Shown here piece after piece: positions 29,759-40,138 of a stretch of DNA of 64,000 bases. How positions within the stretch are numbered: position 1 is the first letter of the stretch; every line of letters starts with the position of its first letter. Both the position numbers and the translations under genes were made by a program. Under the pieces are notes generated by a model, which worked only from the letters and a program-made list of their open reading frames with translations, ran no database searches and had not been told where the DNA came from. Source of the stretch: Alphaproteobacteria bacterium (GTDB taxonomy: Bacteria; Pseudomonadota; Alphaproteobacteria; CAAHEQ01; UBA3637); NCBI GenBank assembly GCA_045605805.1, contig JAZUQR010000026.1, forward strand, positions 1 through 64,000, given 5' to 3'.

Positions 29759-30021
29759 AAATTGGGTAAGGGTAAATCTTCTTTGGAAACGCCCTCCACT
29801 TGAACCACTTTAAGGCGATTCGTTTGTCCTAATACAATGGAAAAAGCCCGTTTGGGTAAATGTAAGGAATCTGATAAAAATGCAATCAGAGCTTCGTTCG
29901 CCTTGCCATCCACAGCCGGAGCTTGAAGGGCAATTTTATAATGTGTGCCATTCCATATACCTGCCCAACCGGAACGCTTGGCATTAGGTAAAACACGAAT
30001 CTGTAAGCGACAATCAACCAT
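29755..30021 (-). CDS. DUF167/YggU family protein
   Basis: APAVDGKANEAL..GQTNR.K. Confidence 0.88.
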   Translation of the reverse strand: MVDCRLQIRVLPNAKRSGWAGIWNGTHYKIALQAPAVDGKANEALIAFLSDSLHLPKRAFSIVLGQTNRLKVVQVEGVSKEDLPLPNF

Positions 30022-30592
30022 GCGTCAGTTTAATTTTTTCGGTTTTGTTGTTCAAAGAGGGCAGGCAGGCGTGTTCCTTCATTTTTTGCAATTCATCTTG
30101 TAAAGCCAAAATCTCTTGATGCAAAGCCTGCAATTGGGGTTGTAAAGAAGTCACCACAGCAATTGCCGTATCAAAGGTTTCTGTTTTGCTGCGATACAGG
30201 CGAAAAGTGCGAATAACAGCATAAAGTACGGCAATAATAGCCACCAGATTTAAGCCAAATACACACAAACTTTGTAAAATATCACTGGTCATTTCCAATG
30301 TGTTCAACTTGGCCGAAACAGAAAACTTTGAAACCAAAGCGGTGATATATTGAAACACCGCCGAAGGATTGGTCAAAGACGAATTATTTTTCATTACTTC
30401 GGCAAACTTGTCCAAAGAAACAAGTTGGTCTTGCAGCTGATCAACGGAAAAGTGTTTGCGAATAAGAGTTGGAAGAATGCTTTTGCCATACAAATAAGCA
30501 ATAGCAACGGGCAATAACCAAACCAGTTGCCACGAAAAACACACAATCAAACGACAAACGGGGCGGACAATGGTCAAAAAAAGTTTTTTCAT
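30014..30592 (-). CDS. Hypothetical membrane protein with coiled-coil tail
   Basis: ORF coupled to priA and DUF167; 2 TM. Confidence 0.65.
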   Translation of the reverse strand: MKKLFLTIVRPVCRLIVCFSWQLVWLLPVAIAYLYGKSILPTLIRKHFSVDQLQDQLVSLDKFAEVMKNNSSLTNPSAVFQYITALVSKFSVSAKLNTLEMTSDILQSLCVFGLNLVAIIAVLYAVIRTFRLYRSKTETFDTAIAVVTSLQPQLQALHQEILALQDELQKMKEHACLPSLNNKTEKIKLTHG

Positions 30593-30605
30593 AACGCAAT
30601 CCTTC

Positions 30606-32558
30606 TTAAAAGAAACTGTATGGATCAATGTCAATGCGCACATCAACAGACGGATGTATTTTAACCTGTTTTAACCATTTTTGCAACAGATTTTGAATTT
30701 TAATTTGTTTATCGGCTTTAATCAAAATGCGATAGCGGTGTTTGTCCCGCAATTTTGCAATGGGAGCAACCACCGGCCCCAACACATCTAATCCTTCCAT
30801 AAAAGGTGCTTTTTGTGTAATCGTTTTGGCGGTTTGATATGTTTTTGCATTGTCCTTACCACTGATAATCAAACCCACCAATTTGCCATAGGGTGGCATT
30901 TTCAACAACTGTCTGGATATCATTTCTTCTTGTAAAAAAGTGTTGCGGTTGTTTTCCTGTAAAGCCTTCAAAATAAGGTTGTCAGGGGAATAAGTTTGTA
31001 AAAGAGCTAGGCCTTGTTTGGCTTCACGACCAGCCCGTCCCATCACTTGGTTCAGTAATTGGAAGGTACGTTCACCGGCCCTTAAATCGCCACCCGATAA
31101 ACTCATATCGGCATCCACAACCCCCACCAAAGTCAGGTTGGGAAAGTGATGTCCTTTGGCCAACATCTGTGTCCCAATTAAAATATCAATCATACCATTG
31201 TGGATTTTTTCCAACAAAGCCTCAAACTCGTTCAAAGAAGATAAAGTATCCGAAGTAATTTGGGCTATCCGAGCGTTGGGAAACAGGGTCAAAACTTCTT
31301 CGGCCAACCTTTCCACACCAGGGCCACACGCCACAAGTGTATCCTTTTCATGACAGCAAGGACATTCCGATGGTGTTTTTTTTGAATAGCCACAGTGATG
31401 ACATTGAACAAGGCCGGCTTTTCTGTGTTCAGTCAGCCACGCACTGCAATGCGGACATTGAAGTCTGGCCCCGCACGCCCGACACAACACAAGGGGCGCA
31501 TAGCCACGCCTGTTGATAAATAATAACGATTGCTCGCCCAAAGCCATCTTTTCGGCCAAAGCCTCTTGCAAGCGTTTGGAAATAAACTTCACAGGGCCTT
31601 TTTCCTTGTGGCGCATATCAACCAAATCAATTTGTGGTAAGCTGGCACCCGCAAAGCGTTCCGGTAAATGAATGTGCTTATAACGCCCATCAACAGCATT
31701 GCAATAAGTCTCCAAACTGGGGGTCGCACTGGCCAATATCACAGGACAGGGCGTTTGACTTGCCCGAACAATCGCCATATCTCGGGCATTATATAACACA
31801 CCATCTTCTTGTTTGAACGAGGCATCATGTTCTTCGTCCACAACAATCAAGCCTAAATCCTTAAACGGCAGGAATAAAGCCGATCTTGCCCCCACAACAA
31901 CCTGAGCCGTTCCTGCACGCACAGCCTCCCAAGTATCACGCCTTGTTTTTGGGGTAATGGATGAATGCCATAAAGCAGGTTGAACACCAAAGCGTTTTTC
32001 AAAACGATTCAACCATGCTGTCGTTAAAATAATTTCGGGTAAAAGAACCAAAACCTGCTTGCCTTGTTCAAAGGCTTGTGACAGAGCTTCAAAATACACT
32101 TCTGTTTTACCGGAGCCGGTCACACCATCCAGCAAAGCCACTTGAAATCCTTTCAATGAGAGCAGTTGCCGTATGGCTTTTTCTTGTGCCAGAGAAAAAG
32201 AAAGAGTTGAAAATTGTGGGTTGGGCGGTAAAAAAACAGTGGGCTTTTTGCTTGTTTTTTCAATTTCGGGATGTAATGCCATCTTCAAAACAGCCCCCGC
32301 CACACTCATGGTATAACCGGCCACCCAATTGATAAATTGAATGGTTTTAGGCGGTAAAGGTGGCAAAGGTAAAACCTCCAAAATCGGTTTTAATTTGTCC
32401 TGTGGAAAGTCTAAATCAGGCTTTTTGTCCCACACAATGCCCATCAACTTTTTTTTGCCCAAAGTCGCCCGCACAAAAGTGCCAACAGGCAAATCACAAT
32501 CATGCCTGTATTCATAACACCCCAAAGCCACAGGGAACAAAACCGAAAGTCGTTGCAT
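30606..32558 (-). CDS. priA: Primosomal protein N'
   Basis: GVTGSGKTEVY, DEEH, SATPS, Cys-rich zinc region, Q..GRAGR. Confidence 0.96.
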   Translation of the reverse strand: MQRLSVLFPVALGCYEYRHDCDLPVGTFVRATLGKKKLMGIVWDKKPDLDFPQDKLKPILEVLPLPPLPPKTIQFINWVAGYTMSVAGAVLKMALHPEIEKTSKKPTVFLPPNPQFSTLSFSLAQEKAIRQLLSLKGFQVALLDGVTGSGKTEVYFEALSQAFEQGKQVLVLLPEIILTTAWLNRFEKRFGVQPALWHSSITPKTRRDTWEAVRAGTAQVVVGARSALFLPFKDLGLIVVDEEHDASFKQEDGVLYNARDMAIVRASQTPCPVILASATPSLETYCNAVDGRYKHIHLPERFAGASLPQIDLVDMRHKEKGPVKFISKRLQEALAEKMALGEQSLLFINRRGYAPLVLCRACGARLQCPHCSAWLTEHRKAGLVQCHHCGYSKKTPSECPCCHEKDTLVACGPGVERLAEEVLTLFPNARIAQITSDTLSSLNEFEALLEKIHNGMIDILIGTQMLAKGHHFPNLTLVGVVDADMSLSGGDLRAGERTFQLLNQVMGRAGREAKQGLALLQTYSPDNLILKALQENNRNTFLQEEMISRQLLKMPPYGKLVGLIISGKDNAKTYQTAKTITQKAPFMEGLDVLGPVVAPIAKLRDKHRYRILIKADKQIKIQNLLQKWLKQVKIHPSVDVRIDIDPYSFF

Positions 32559-32602
32559 TTTGTTTTATTTTCCTTTACGATATAATAATAAGGATACACA
32601 AA

Positions 32603-33562
32603 ATGACACAAGAATTCAAGTCTTTCTCAATAACCACAGATAAAAAGTTGCAAGCCAAAATCAATGATTGGCAAAAATACCTGTTGTCCGAAAGGCGCTT
32701 GTCCGAAGCAACAGGAAGTTCATATTTGTTTGATTTGAAAAAGTTTTTTTCTTTTTTGTATGAACATTTTTCCCAACAAATTACCCTAAAAGAGTTGCAA
32801 GAATTAACGCTGGTTGATTTTCGCTCATTTTTGGTGTGGCGATCGGCACAAAAAATATCCCGCACCAGCATGGCCCGAGGCGTGTCCTCGCTTAAAAACT
32901 TTTTTCGTTTTTTGATGCAAGAAGGCAGTGTCCAAAATAAAGAAATTATGGCCTTAAAGTCGGCCAAAGTGCCACACAGTTTGCCCCATCCGCTTTCGGC
33001 AGAAAAGGCAAAGCAATTTTTGGCATTGGCCAAAGAAATGGCCAACGAACCATGGGAAGGCTATCGTGACAAAGCCCTTTATACTTTGTTGTATGGGGCA
33101 GGTTTAAGAATTGCCGAAGCCCTGTCCTTGAATGTAAAAGATGTCACCCAGAATACAGATGCTTTAAGAATTATCGGTAAAGGAAAAAAAGAAAGGCTTG
33201 TCCCCTTGTTGCCCCCAGTGTTGCATGAATTAAAAATCTATTTGAATCATCATCCGCACCCTATGCCAAATGAACCGTTGTTTGTGGGAACAAGGGGCGA
33301 CAGAATCAACCCTGGTGTTGTGCAACGCAATGTGCGTAAAATAAGGCATGCAATGGGATTGCCAAGCACCGTTACACCGCATGCTTTTCGTCACAGTTTT
33401 GCCACGCATCTTTTGCAAGGGGGGGGTGATTTAAGAAGTGTTCAGGAATTGTTGGGGCACAGCTCACTGTCGGCTACCCAACGCTATACCGAAATCACAA
33501 CAGAACACCTTGAAAAAGTTTATGCCAAAGCGCATCCCCGAGCCAATATCAAAGAAGATTAG
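32603..33562 (+). CDS. xerC: Tyrosine recombinase XerC
   Basis: GLRIAE, GKGKKER, HAFRHSFATH, LGH..LSATQRY; housekeeping context next to priA. Confidence 0.88.
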   Translation: MTQEFKSFSITTDKKLQAKINDWQKYLLSERRLSEATGSSYLFDLKKFFSFLYEHFSQQITLKELQELTLVDFRSFLVWRSAQKISRTSMARGVSSLKNFFRFLMQEGSVQNKEIMALKSAKVPHSLPHPLSAEKAKQFLALAKEMANEPWEGYRDKALYTLLYGAGLRIAEALSLNVKDVTQNTDALRIIGKGKKERLVPLLPPVLHELKIYLNHHPHPMPNEPLFVGTRGDRINPGVVQRNVRKIRHAMGLPSTVTPHAFRHSFATHLLQGGGDLRSVQELLGHSSLSATQRYTEITTEHLEKVYAKAHPRANIKED

Positions 33563-33900
33563 TCTAAATAAAACTCTTTTTCCGTTGCTTCCACAGGACA
33601 TCTGTTGCCACGAAATTGCCAATCAATCACAATGCCTTCGTCTGTATAAACAACAAAATCGCAATAATAAACATAATTGTTCACACCCTTGCGTAAAAAA
33701 CTTTGCTGTTCATAATGATATTCACGAATACCCCAATTATCCACAAATTGTTTGGTTGGCACACCAAAATTGTCATACAAAGACGCCACCGTTTGCCCAT
33801 GATAAATCGTTGCTCGTTCAACATCAATGGGAAGGGATTCGCTGACACGACAGGCAGATAATAAAGCCAACAAAGAAAAAATAAATGTCTTCCTTATCAT
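33559..33900 (-). CDS. Small lipoprotein
   Basis: MIRKTFIFSLLALLSAC lipobox; this is the C-terminal part of the listed 271-aa ORF. Confidence 0.75.
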   Translation of the reverse strand: MIRKTFIFSLLALLSACRVSESLPIDVERATIYHGQTVASLYDNFGVPTKQFVDNWGIREYHYEQQSFLRKGVNNYVYYCDFVVYTDEGIVIDWQFRGNRCPVEATEKEFYLD

Positions 33901-33988
33901 AAAGATATTGTAAGTATTTTTTTTGCCTTGTTCAAGAGTTTTTTTGTTTTTGCTTGAAAAAAATGAAAAATCAAGTATAATAACGGCC

Positions 33989-35020
33989 ATGAAAACACAA
34001 GTTTTTGATTTTGATTTGCCCCAAGAATTGATTGCCAATAAGCCATGCGAACCACGGGACGCAGCCAGATTGTTGCATATTGAGCAGGATAAATTGACAG
34101 ATGGCACAATGGCCAATTTGGTGGATTGGTTAAAGCCAACGGATGTATTGGTGTTTAATGATACCAAAGTCATTCCTGCCCGTTTATATGGAATGCGTGG
34201 CTCAGCGCAAATAGAAATGACGCTTTTCAAGCAAATAGACTTATCAACATGGGAAACACTGGTGAAAAATGCCCGTCGTCTGCGTGTGGGGGATGTTATC
34301 CGCTTTTCCGATGCGTTTGAAGCAACAGTGATACAAAAAACAGAAAAAGGCTCGGTCCTTGTTTGCTTTAACAAAAGGGGTGTGGATTTGTTTGCCGAAT
34401 TGCATAAAGTTGGGACAATGCCCTTGCCACCCTATATCAAACGCTTGCGGGGCGGTTTAGATTCGGACAAGGCCGACTATCAAACAATGTATGCGTGTCA
34501 TGAAGGGGCGGTGGCAGCCCCAACGGCAGGCCTTCATTTTACCCAGCGGTTATTTGACGCCTTGGAACAAAAAGGCATTCAAAAAGAGTTTGTCACCCTT
34601 CATGTGGGGGGAGGCACTTTTTTACCGGTAAAGGTGGAAGATACAGACCATCACCAAATGCATGCGGAATATGGTATTATCACACAAGAGGTGGCCGAAA
34701 GATTGAATGAAGCACATGCGCATGGCGCAAGAATCATTCCTGTTGGTACAACTTCATTGCGCTTGTTGGAATCGGCTGCCGATGAAAACGGAATGATTCA
34801 TCCATTTGCCCAAGAAACATCTATTTTTATCACCCCAGGCTATCGTTTTAAGGCCATAGATGCACTGTTCACCAACTTTCATACACCCAAATCAACACTG
34901 TTTATGTTGGTCAGTGCGCTGGCAGGGTTGGACACAATGCAAAACGCATATAAACACGCCATAGAAGAAAGATATCGTTTTTTCTCCTATGGCGATGCGT
35001 GTTTAATTGAAAAACAATAA
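33989..35020 (+). CDS. queA: S-adenosylmethionine:tRNA ribosyltransferase-isomerase
   Basis: FNDTKVIPAR, PLPPYI, AAPTAGLHF, TNFH.PKST and SYGD motifs. Confidence 0.96.
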   Translation: MKTQVFDFDLPQELIANKPCEPRDAARLLHIEQDKLTDGTMANLVDWLKPTDVLVFNDTKVIPARLYGMRGSAQIEMTLFKQIDLSTWETLVKNARRLRVGDVIRFSDAFEATVIQKTEKGSVLVCFNKRGVDLFAELHKVGTMPLPPYIKRLRGGLDSDKADYQTMYACHEGAVAAPTAGLHFTQRLFDALEQKGIQKEFVTLHVGGGTFLPVKVEDTDHHQMHAEYGIITQEVAERLNEAHAHGARIIPVGTTSLRLLESAADENGMIHPFAQETSIFITPGYRFKAIDALFTNFHTPKSTLFMLVSALAGLDTMQNAYKHAIEERYRFFSYGDACLIEKQ

Positions 35021-35021
35021 A

Positions 35022-35714
35022 TTATTTTTGCAATTTTGACAAAATGACAACATTGGTTGCAATTAAAAGCATCACAGTAAACCATGGGTTAAGCATTACA
35101 TTTGCTGTGAAGATTGAAACAAAATACAGCGCAACCAAAGGAATGACAAAGGTCAATGAGGTCACACGCCATGCCTTGTGATTGCCCAAGTCCAACGCAA
35201 GCAGTTTGGCAAACAACATGGTGAACAACAGCGTAATAAAATAAAACGCAACGGCAAAAACAACCCAAAGGATAAGGGTAATAGCAAAAACACCCCATAA
35301 ACCATAGCGGATGGCTTGACGAATTGTATCAGGTGAAACAATCATGTCCTCAGTTAAAGGTGTTTTGTCTAAACGAGTGCCATTTTCGGAAACCATAAAC
35401 AAAGCATTTTTGGTAAGATACAGCCCATTTGGAATGCCAGCCGGCAATGTTTCCACACTGGAATCAATAACAAACGGTACTTGTGGGGCAATCATCGTAG
35501 CAAAACGAATGTTTGGTTCTTGAATAGCCCCATCTTTAATGGAAAAAGTTGGCACTGAATCAATCAATTTTGTAATGGCAGCAGAATGAAAAAATTGATT
35601 CCCCATTTGGCGGGTAACAGTGGCAACCAAAAGCCCAGAAACAAAAATTAAAATAAAAATAAAAAGAAAACCACGGTTTTTGGCGTTTTGCAAATAATTG
35701 ACAAGTTTGTTCAT
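35022..35714 (-). CDS. Membrane protein (DUF1189-like architecture)
   Basis: TM, soluble loop, then 3 TM; AGGAGG RBS. Confidence 0.6.
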   Translation of the reverse strand: MNKLVNYLQNAKNRGFLFIFILIFVSGLLVATVTRQMGNQFFHSAAITKLIDSVPTFSIKDGAIQEPNIRFATMIAPQVPFVIDSSVETLPAGIPNGLYLTKNALFMVSENGTRLDKTPLTEDMIVSPDTIRQAIRYGLWGVFAITLILWVVFAVAFYFITLLFTMLFAKLLALDLGNHKAWRVTSLTFVIPLVALYFVSIFTANVMLNPWFTVMLLIATNVVILSKLQK

Positions 35715-35848
35715 ATAAAACCTCCTGAAAAAAATATGTATACATCATTATAAGCAAAAAAAGAGGATATAAGTCAAGAGATTTTGTAAAAAAAAATTGT
35801 ATGCTTCATTTTTTAATGATAAAATAGTTTATATCAAAGGAGTCAAAC

Positions 35849-36253
35849 ATGGATAAAAAACGGATAACTGTCACCGCTGGAATCATTGAATATGAAAACA
35901 AGATTTTAATTGCCGAACGACGCAAAGATAAATCTTTGGGTGGTTTGTGGGAGTTTCCTGGTGGTAAAATTGAACAGGGCGAAACTTGCCCCGAAACGCT
36001 GAAACGGGAAATTAAAGAAGAGTTTGATATTGAAATTGAAGTGGGTGAGTATGTGATGGAACACATCTTTGAATATCCCACCTTCTTCTTGAAAATGTAT
36101 GTTTATAAAGCCACATGGAACGGCCAAGGCACAATTCGGATTTGTGACCACGAACAATATCGCTTTGTCACATTGGATGAAATGGCCAATTTTGAATTTG
36201 CCGGTGCTGATGTGCCAGTCATTGAGTTTTTGAAAAACAATCAAAAATCTTGA
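35849..36253 (+). CDS. MutT/NudG-like Nudix hydrolase
   Basis: WEFPGGKIEQGET....LKREIKEE Nudix box. Confidence 0.9.
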   Translation: MDKKRITVTAGIIEYENKILIAERRKDKSLGGLWEFPGGKIEQGETCPETLKREIKEEFDIEIEVGEYVMEHIFEYPTFFLKMYVYKATWNGQGTIRICDHEQYRFVTLDEMANFEFAGADVPVIEFLKNNQKS

Positions 36254-36269
36254 ACAAAAAAAGGGGGGA

Positions 36270-37212
36270 TTGATGAGATTAGGATTATTCAAATTGCGCA
36301 ACCGCTTCATTAAAGCCTATGATGAAGGGTGGTTGCCCCCATGCGATGGACATGAAATACATTATTATCAGGTGGGTAATCCATCAGGTGAAGTGGTCAT
36401 TCATTTTCATGGTGGGCCAGGGGGTAGTGCAAAGCCAAGCAGAGCCAGCACCTATAATTTGAAAAAACAAAGAATTATTATGTTTGACCAACGAGCCTGT
36501 GGCCAATCAAGATATCAAGAGGCGTTTTATAAAAACACCCCACAGGATACAGTCAAAGACTGCCAATCGTCTGTTAAAGGCTTTGAAGATAAAGGGGAAA
36601 GTGGTGTCGGCCGGTGCGTCTTTTGGGGCAACATTGGCGGTGTTGTTTGCCCAAACATATCCCCAAAAAATCAAGCGGTTATGTGTGAATAGTGTCTTTT
36701 TGGGCCGACAAAAGGATGTGGAAAATATGACGCCTGTGTCAGATTTATTCTATCCGGATGCGGTGGCACAAGTGAAAAAACAAGTAAAAGGAAAAAACTT
36801 AAATAAAAGCTATGCCCAATTGGTTTTTAGTAAAAAGCAATCAGATAATGAAAAAGCATTGCGTTATTTTGCTCACTTGGAACGCATGGCAGGCGGTGGA
36901 GCATTAAAGGTTGATTTTCCAAAAACATCCTTTACGGAAAAAGATGTTCATCGCTTTCGGGTTTATATGCATTATGTCAAGAATAATATGTTCTTAAAGC
37001 CCAATCAATTGATAAAAGAGGCCACAAAAATAAAACATATTCCGGCTGAGATTTTTCAAAATCGCCTGGATTTTTGCTGTCCGCCCTATCAAGCATGGGA
37101 ATTACATCAAGCATTGCCAAAATCAAAATTGACCCTTGTGGCTGATAAAGGACATGGAAGCACTTTAATGGGGTATCTGATGTATCTGGGTAATAAAGCA
37201 AGAAAGTATTAA
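36270..37212 (+). pseudogene. pip: Proline iminopeptidase, split by a single-base frameshift near 36560
   Basis: HGGPG and DQR in ORF 36270; GASFG nucleophile and C-terminal GH in the next frame. Confidence 0.85.
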
Positions 37213-37283
37213 GGTTATTTCTCTGTGCGATTTGCTTGACTTTTTCCCATAAAAAGAATATCCTTGTGCAAAACGAGGGAAAA

Positions 37284-38669
37284 ATGAAAGATATCAATCA
37301 CAATCTGTTTGAAAAAGCGGGGGTTCAAAAGGCCTTTTGGACTTTGGTTTTGCCAACGATTATAAGCCAATTGATTGGTGTTGTGTATAATATGACCGAT
37401 TCTTTTTGGATTGGGCAAATGAATATACCGGCCCAAATTGCTGCCGCCACAATATGCGTGCCAACCTTTTTGTTTATATTGGGTATAGCCAACTTGTTCG
37501 GCATAGGTGGGGCCAGTCTGATTGCCCGCTGTTTGGGTAAAAAAGAATTGAATAAAGCCAAATCGGCCTGTGCGTTCAGCCTTTGGTCTGCCATTGGCAT
37601 CGCTGTGTTTTATGGCATTACTTTCGCTTTTTTTGAACAGCCAATTCTGTTTGCCATTGGGGCAACACCGGAGACATATATTTATTGCCAGCAATATGTT
37701 TTGTGGACGGTGATTATTGGTTCCATACCAGCCACATTAAGCACCGTTTTTGCCCATCTTGTGCGCTCGGAAGGATATGCCAAACAAGCCAGTATAGGGA
37801 TGATTTTTGGGCTTATTTTGAACATTATTTTGGATCCGATTTTCATCTTCTTCTTAAAAATGGAAATAACAGGGGCAGCCTTGGCCACTTTCTTGTCAAT
37901 GTCTGCCGGATGTGGGTATTTTTTGTGGTTTATGTCCCATTTGCCCAAAGCAAGTGTTTTAACAATATCTCCACGCTATTATCGGGCAGGGGATAAAATA
38001 GCATCCGAAGTGTTGTTGGTGGGGTTTCCCAGTGCATTGATGAGTTGGATGGCAATGCTGTCCGGAGTTGTGTTAAATGTTTTAACGGCCAGTTATTCCA
38101 CCGTTGTGGTGGCTGGCATGGGCATCGCTAAACGCTTGGATATGGTCATTTTTGCCATTTCTAATGGAATAGGGCAAGGTGTTTTGCCATTGATTTCCTA
38201 TAATTATGCCGCCAAAAACTATGCACGCATGAAAGCGGCCATTAAAATAACATTGCTTTACAGTGTGTGCTTTGCTTTTTTAATTACGGGCTATTTGTTT
38301 TTCGGGGCCCATTGGACAACACAATTGTTTATTGAAGATGCCGAAACGGTGGCGTACGGCAAACAGTTTTTGCAAATCATTTGTTTAACTTGTCCGTGTG
38401 TCGCCATTACATTGGTGATGATGACAATCTTCCAAGCCGTTGGTAAAAAAGCACAACCCACCCTGTTGTCGCTGGTGCGCAAAGGGGGGTTGGATATCCC
38501 ATTGATGTACGGCCTGAATGCGGTGATGGGTGTGACAGGTATTGCATGGGCTATTCCTGTGGAAGATGTGTTGGCTATGTTGATTGCGATCGGCTTGTTT
38601 ATTCCATTTTGGCACTCTATTCAAAAAGAAGAATGTCTTGAAACAAAAAAAGAACAACAGAAAGGATAA
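37284..38669 (+). CDS. MATE family efflux transporter
   Basis: About 12 TM; LNIILDPIFI, GAALAT, SYNY.A.NY.R. Confidence 0.92.
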   Translation: MKDINHNLFEKAGVQKAFWTLVLPTIISQLIGVVYNMTDSFWIGQMNIPAQIAAATICVPTFLFILGIANLFGIGGASLIARCLGKKELNKAKSACAFSLWSAIGIAVFYGITFAFFEQPILFAIGATPETYIYCQQYVLWTVIIGSIPATLSTVFAHLVRSEGYAKQASIGMIFGLILNIILDPIFIFFLKMEITGAALATFLSMSAGCGYFLWFMSHLPKASVLTISPRYYRAGDKIASEVLLVGFPSALMSWMAMLSGVVLNVLTASYSTVVVAGMGIAKRLDMVIFAISNGIGQGVLPLISYNYAAKNYARMKAAIKITLLYSVCFAFLITGYLFFGAHWTTQLFIEDAETVAYGKQFLQIICLTCPCVAITLVMMTIFQAVGKKAQPTLLSLVRKGGLDIPLMYGLNAVMGVTGIAWAIPVEDVLAMLIAIGLFIPFWHSIQKEECLETKKEQQKG

Positions 38670-38671
38670 CA

Positions 38672-39415
38672 ATGAATACAAAAGCCCAACAGCTAAGCCA
38701 AGAAATAGAAGTACGTTATTCGGATATGGATTTGGATAAGAACTTGAAAATGACTTCTGTTTTAAGTTTTTTTCAAGATATTGCAACCGCAAGTGCCGAA
38801 AAACTTGGTTTTGGTCATAGCTATACCTTTCCCAAAAAGATGATGTGGGTCCTGTTGAAATATCGCATAGAAATCAAAGAGTACCCAACCGAACGGGCAA
38901 AGTTGACTCTGATAACCGAACCAAGAGGATGTAATAAGTTTTTTGCTTTTCGTAATTTTCAATTATTTGAACAGAATCGCTTGATTGCGCAAGCCTCGTC
39001 AACTTGGGCGTTGGTCAATTTTGAAACAATGGAGATTATAGGTGTGGAAAACGCCTGTGCCGAAGTGCCAACAATGCAAAAGTTTGTGCCAAACGAAACA
39101 GATTTGAAATATGATAAAATCCCCCCTTTAACACAAACAGATTATGAAGAAACATTTACCGTACGCTATGCCGATTTGGATATCAACCATCACGCCAATA
39201 ATACCCGCTATATTGAATGGGCGTTGGAACCGCTGCCATATGAATATAAAAGACAACATAAATTAAAAAATGTGGATATCGTTTATAAAAAAGAAATTAA
39301 ATATGGGGAAAAATTGGTGTCCAAAGTTCAAATGGTGGATGAAAAAACTACAGTGCATGTGGTGCAAAATGCCGAAAATGGCCAAGATTTGTGCTATCTG
39401 AAATGCGAATGGTAA
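38672..39415 (+). CDS. Acyl-ACP thioesterase
   Basis: VRYSDMD; DLDINHHANN.RY..W double hot-dog signature. Confidence 0.9.
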   Translation: MNTKAQQLSQEIEVRYSDMDLDKNLKMTSVLSFFQDIATASAEKLGFGHSYTFPKKMMWVLLKYRIEIKEYPTERAKLTLITEPRGCNKFFAFRNFQLFEQNRLIAQASSTWALVNFETMEIIGVENACAEVPTMQKFVPNETDLKYDKIPPLTQTDYEETFTVRYADLDINHHANNTRYIEWALEPLPYEYKRQHKLKNVDIVYKKEIKYGEKLVSKVQMVDEKTTVHVVQNAENGQDLCYLKCEW

Positions 39416-39500
39416 AAGTGTGACATCAAGGAAAAGGTAAAAATAGGAAAATAATCCTTTGCTTTTTCTTCAAAATGTGCTATACTTCGTTTCGGTTAGG

Positions 39501-39669
39501 GTGACCAGTCAGATTTCAAAAGTGACCAGCCCCCGATTTTTGAAAATAGTATAAGTATTTGATATTACTGTATTTTTATGCGGCCAGTGACGAGACCGAT
39601 TTTTTCTGTTTCGCTAAAAAAATGGCGCGGCTTGTGTCCCCGAATATGAATTATCACCAGGAAGGATCC
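39501..39669. repeat. Phage-like cis element copy 1: GTGACCAG repeats plus conserved 66-bp block
   Basis: 39601-39666 matches 57343-57408 at 58/66 nt; GTGACCAG at 39501 and 39522. Confidence 0.8.
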
Positions 39670-39733
39670 GGTGGCATATTTCCCCCCTAAAAAGGATTGG
39701 CTCTCTATACCCAAACGGCAGTTATGGCCATGT

Positions 39734-40066
39734 TCATATCTGTTGGATTTCAATCCCCAGCACGCCATATTTTTGTTGAGAATCAGGTGTATAAAATTCT
39801 TGTAAAACCGTAATCAATTCTTCTTTGGATGTAAAACCTGCCTGTTCCGGTGTGATAATTTGGCATAGTTTATCAAAACTTTCGGCCCTGTGCAGGTTTA
39901 TGACCCGAGCAACAAAGGAATCATTTGTATCAGATAAATTAGAAAACACAATCTTATCCCCTATTTTTATTTGTTGCCTTTTTTCGTCAAACAACCTAAG
40001 CTCAACAACTTTTTTACCTGATTTTAACAGATTGTAATACTTTGTTTGGACTTTCATATGATGCAT
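39734..40066 (-). CDS. ASCH domain protein
   Basis: SGKKVVELRLFDEKR..IKIGD.I.F; Y.P....KYGVLGI. Confidence 0.88.
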   Translation of the reverse strand: MHHMKVQTKYYNLLKSGKKVVELRLFDEKRQQIKIGDKIVFSNLSDTNDSFVARVINLHRAESFDKLCQIITPEQAGFTSKEELITVLQEFYTPDSQQKYGVLGIEIQQI

Positions 40067-40138
40067 AATTTTTCTCCTTGAAAAGACTTATATTTTAAGA
40101 TATACTATAAAAAACAGTATGCATTAAAGGATACAAAT

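Noticed and set aside
32360-33562. Tyrosine recombinase as the island integrase, and the 400-aa ORF length
   Set aside because: Typical XerC in a housekeeping priA context, 7 kb from the island; the N-terminal extension overlaps priA, so the start is set at 32603
33901-34374. N-terminal part of the 271-aa minus-strand ORF
   Set aside because: Antisense shadow of queA; only the lipoprotein from 33900 is credible
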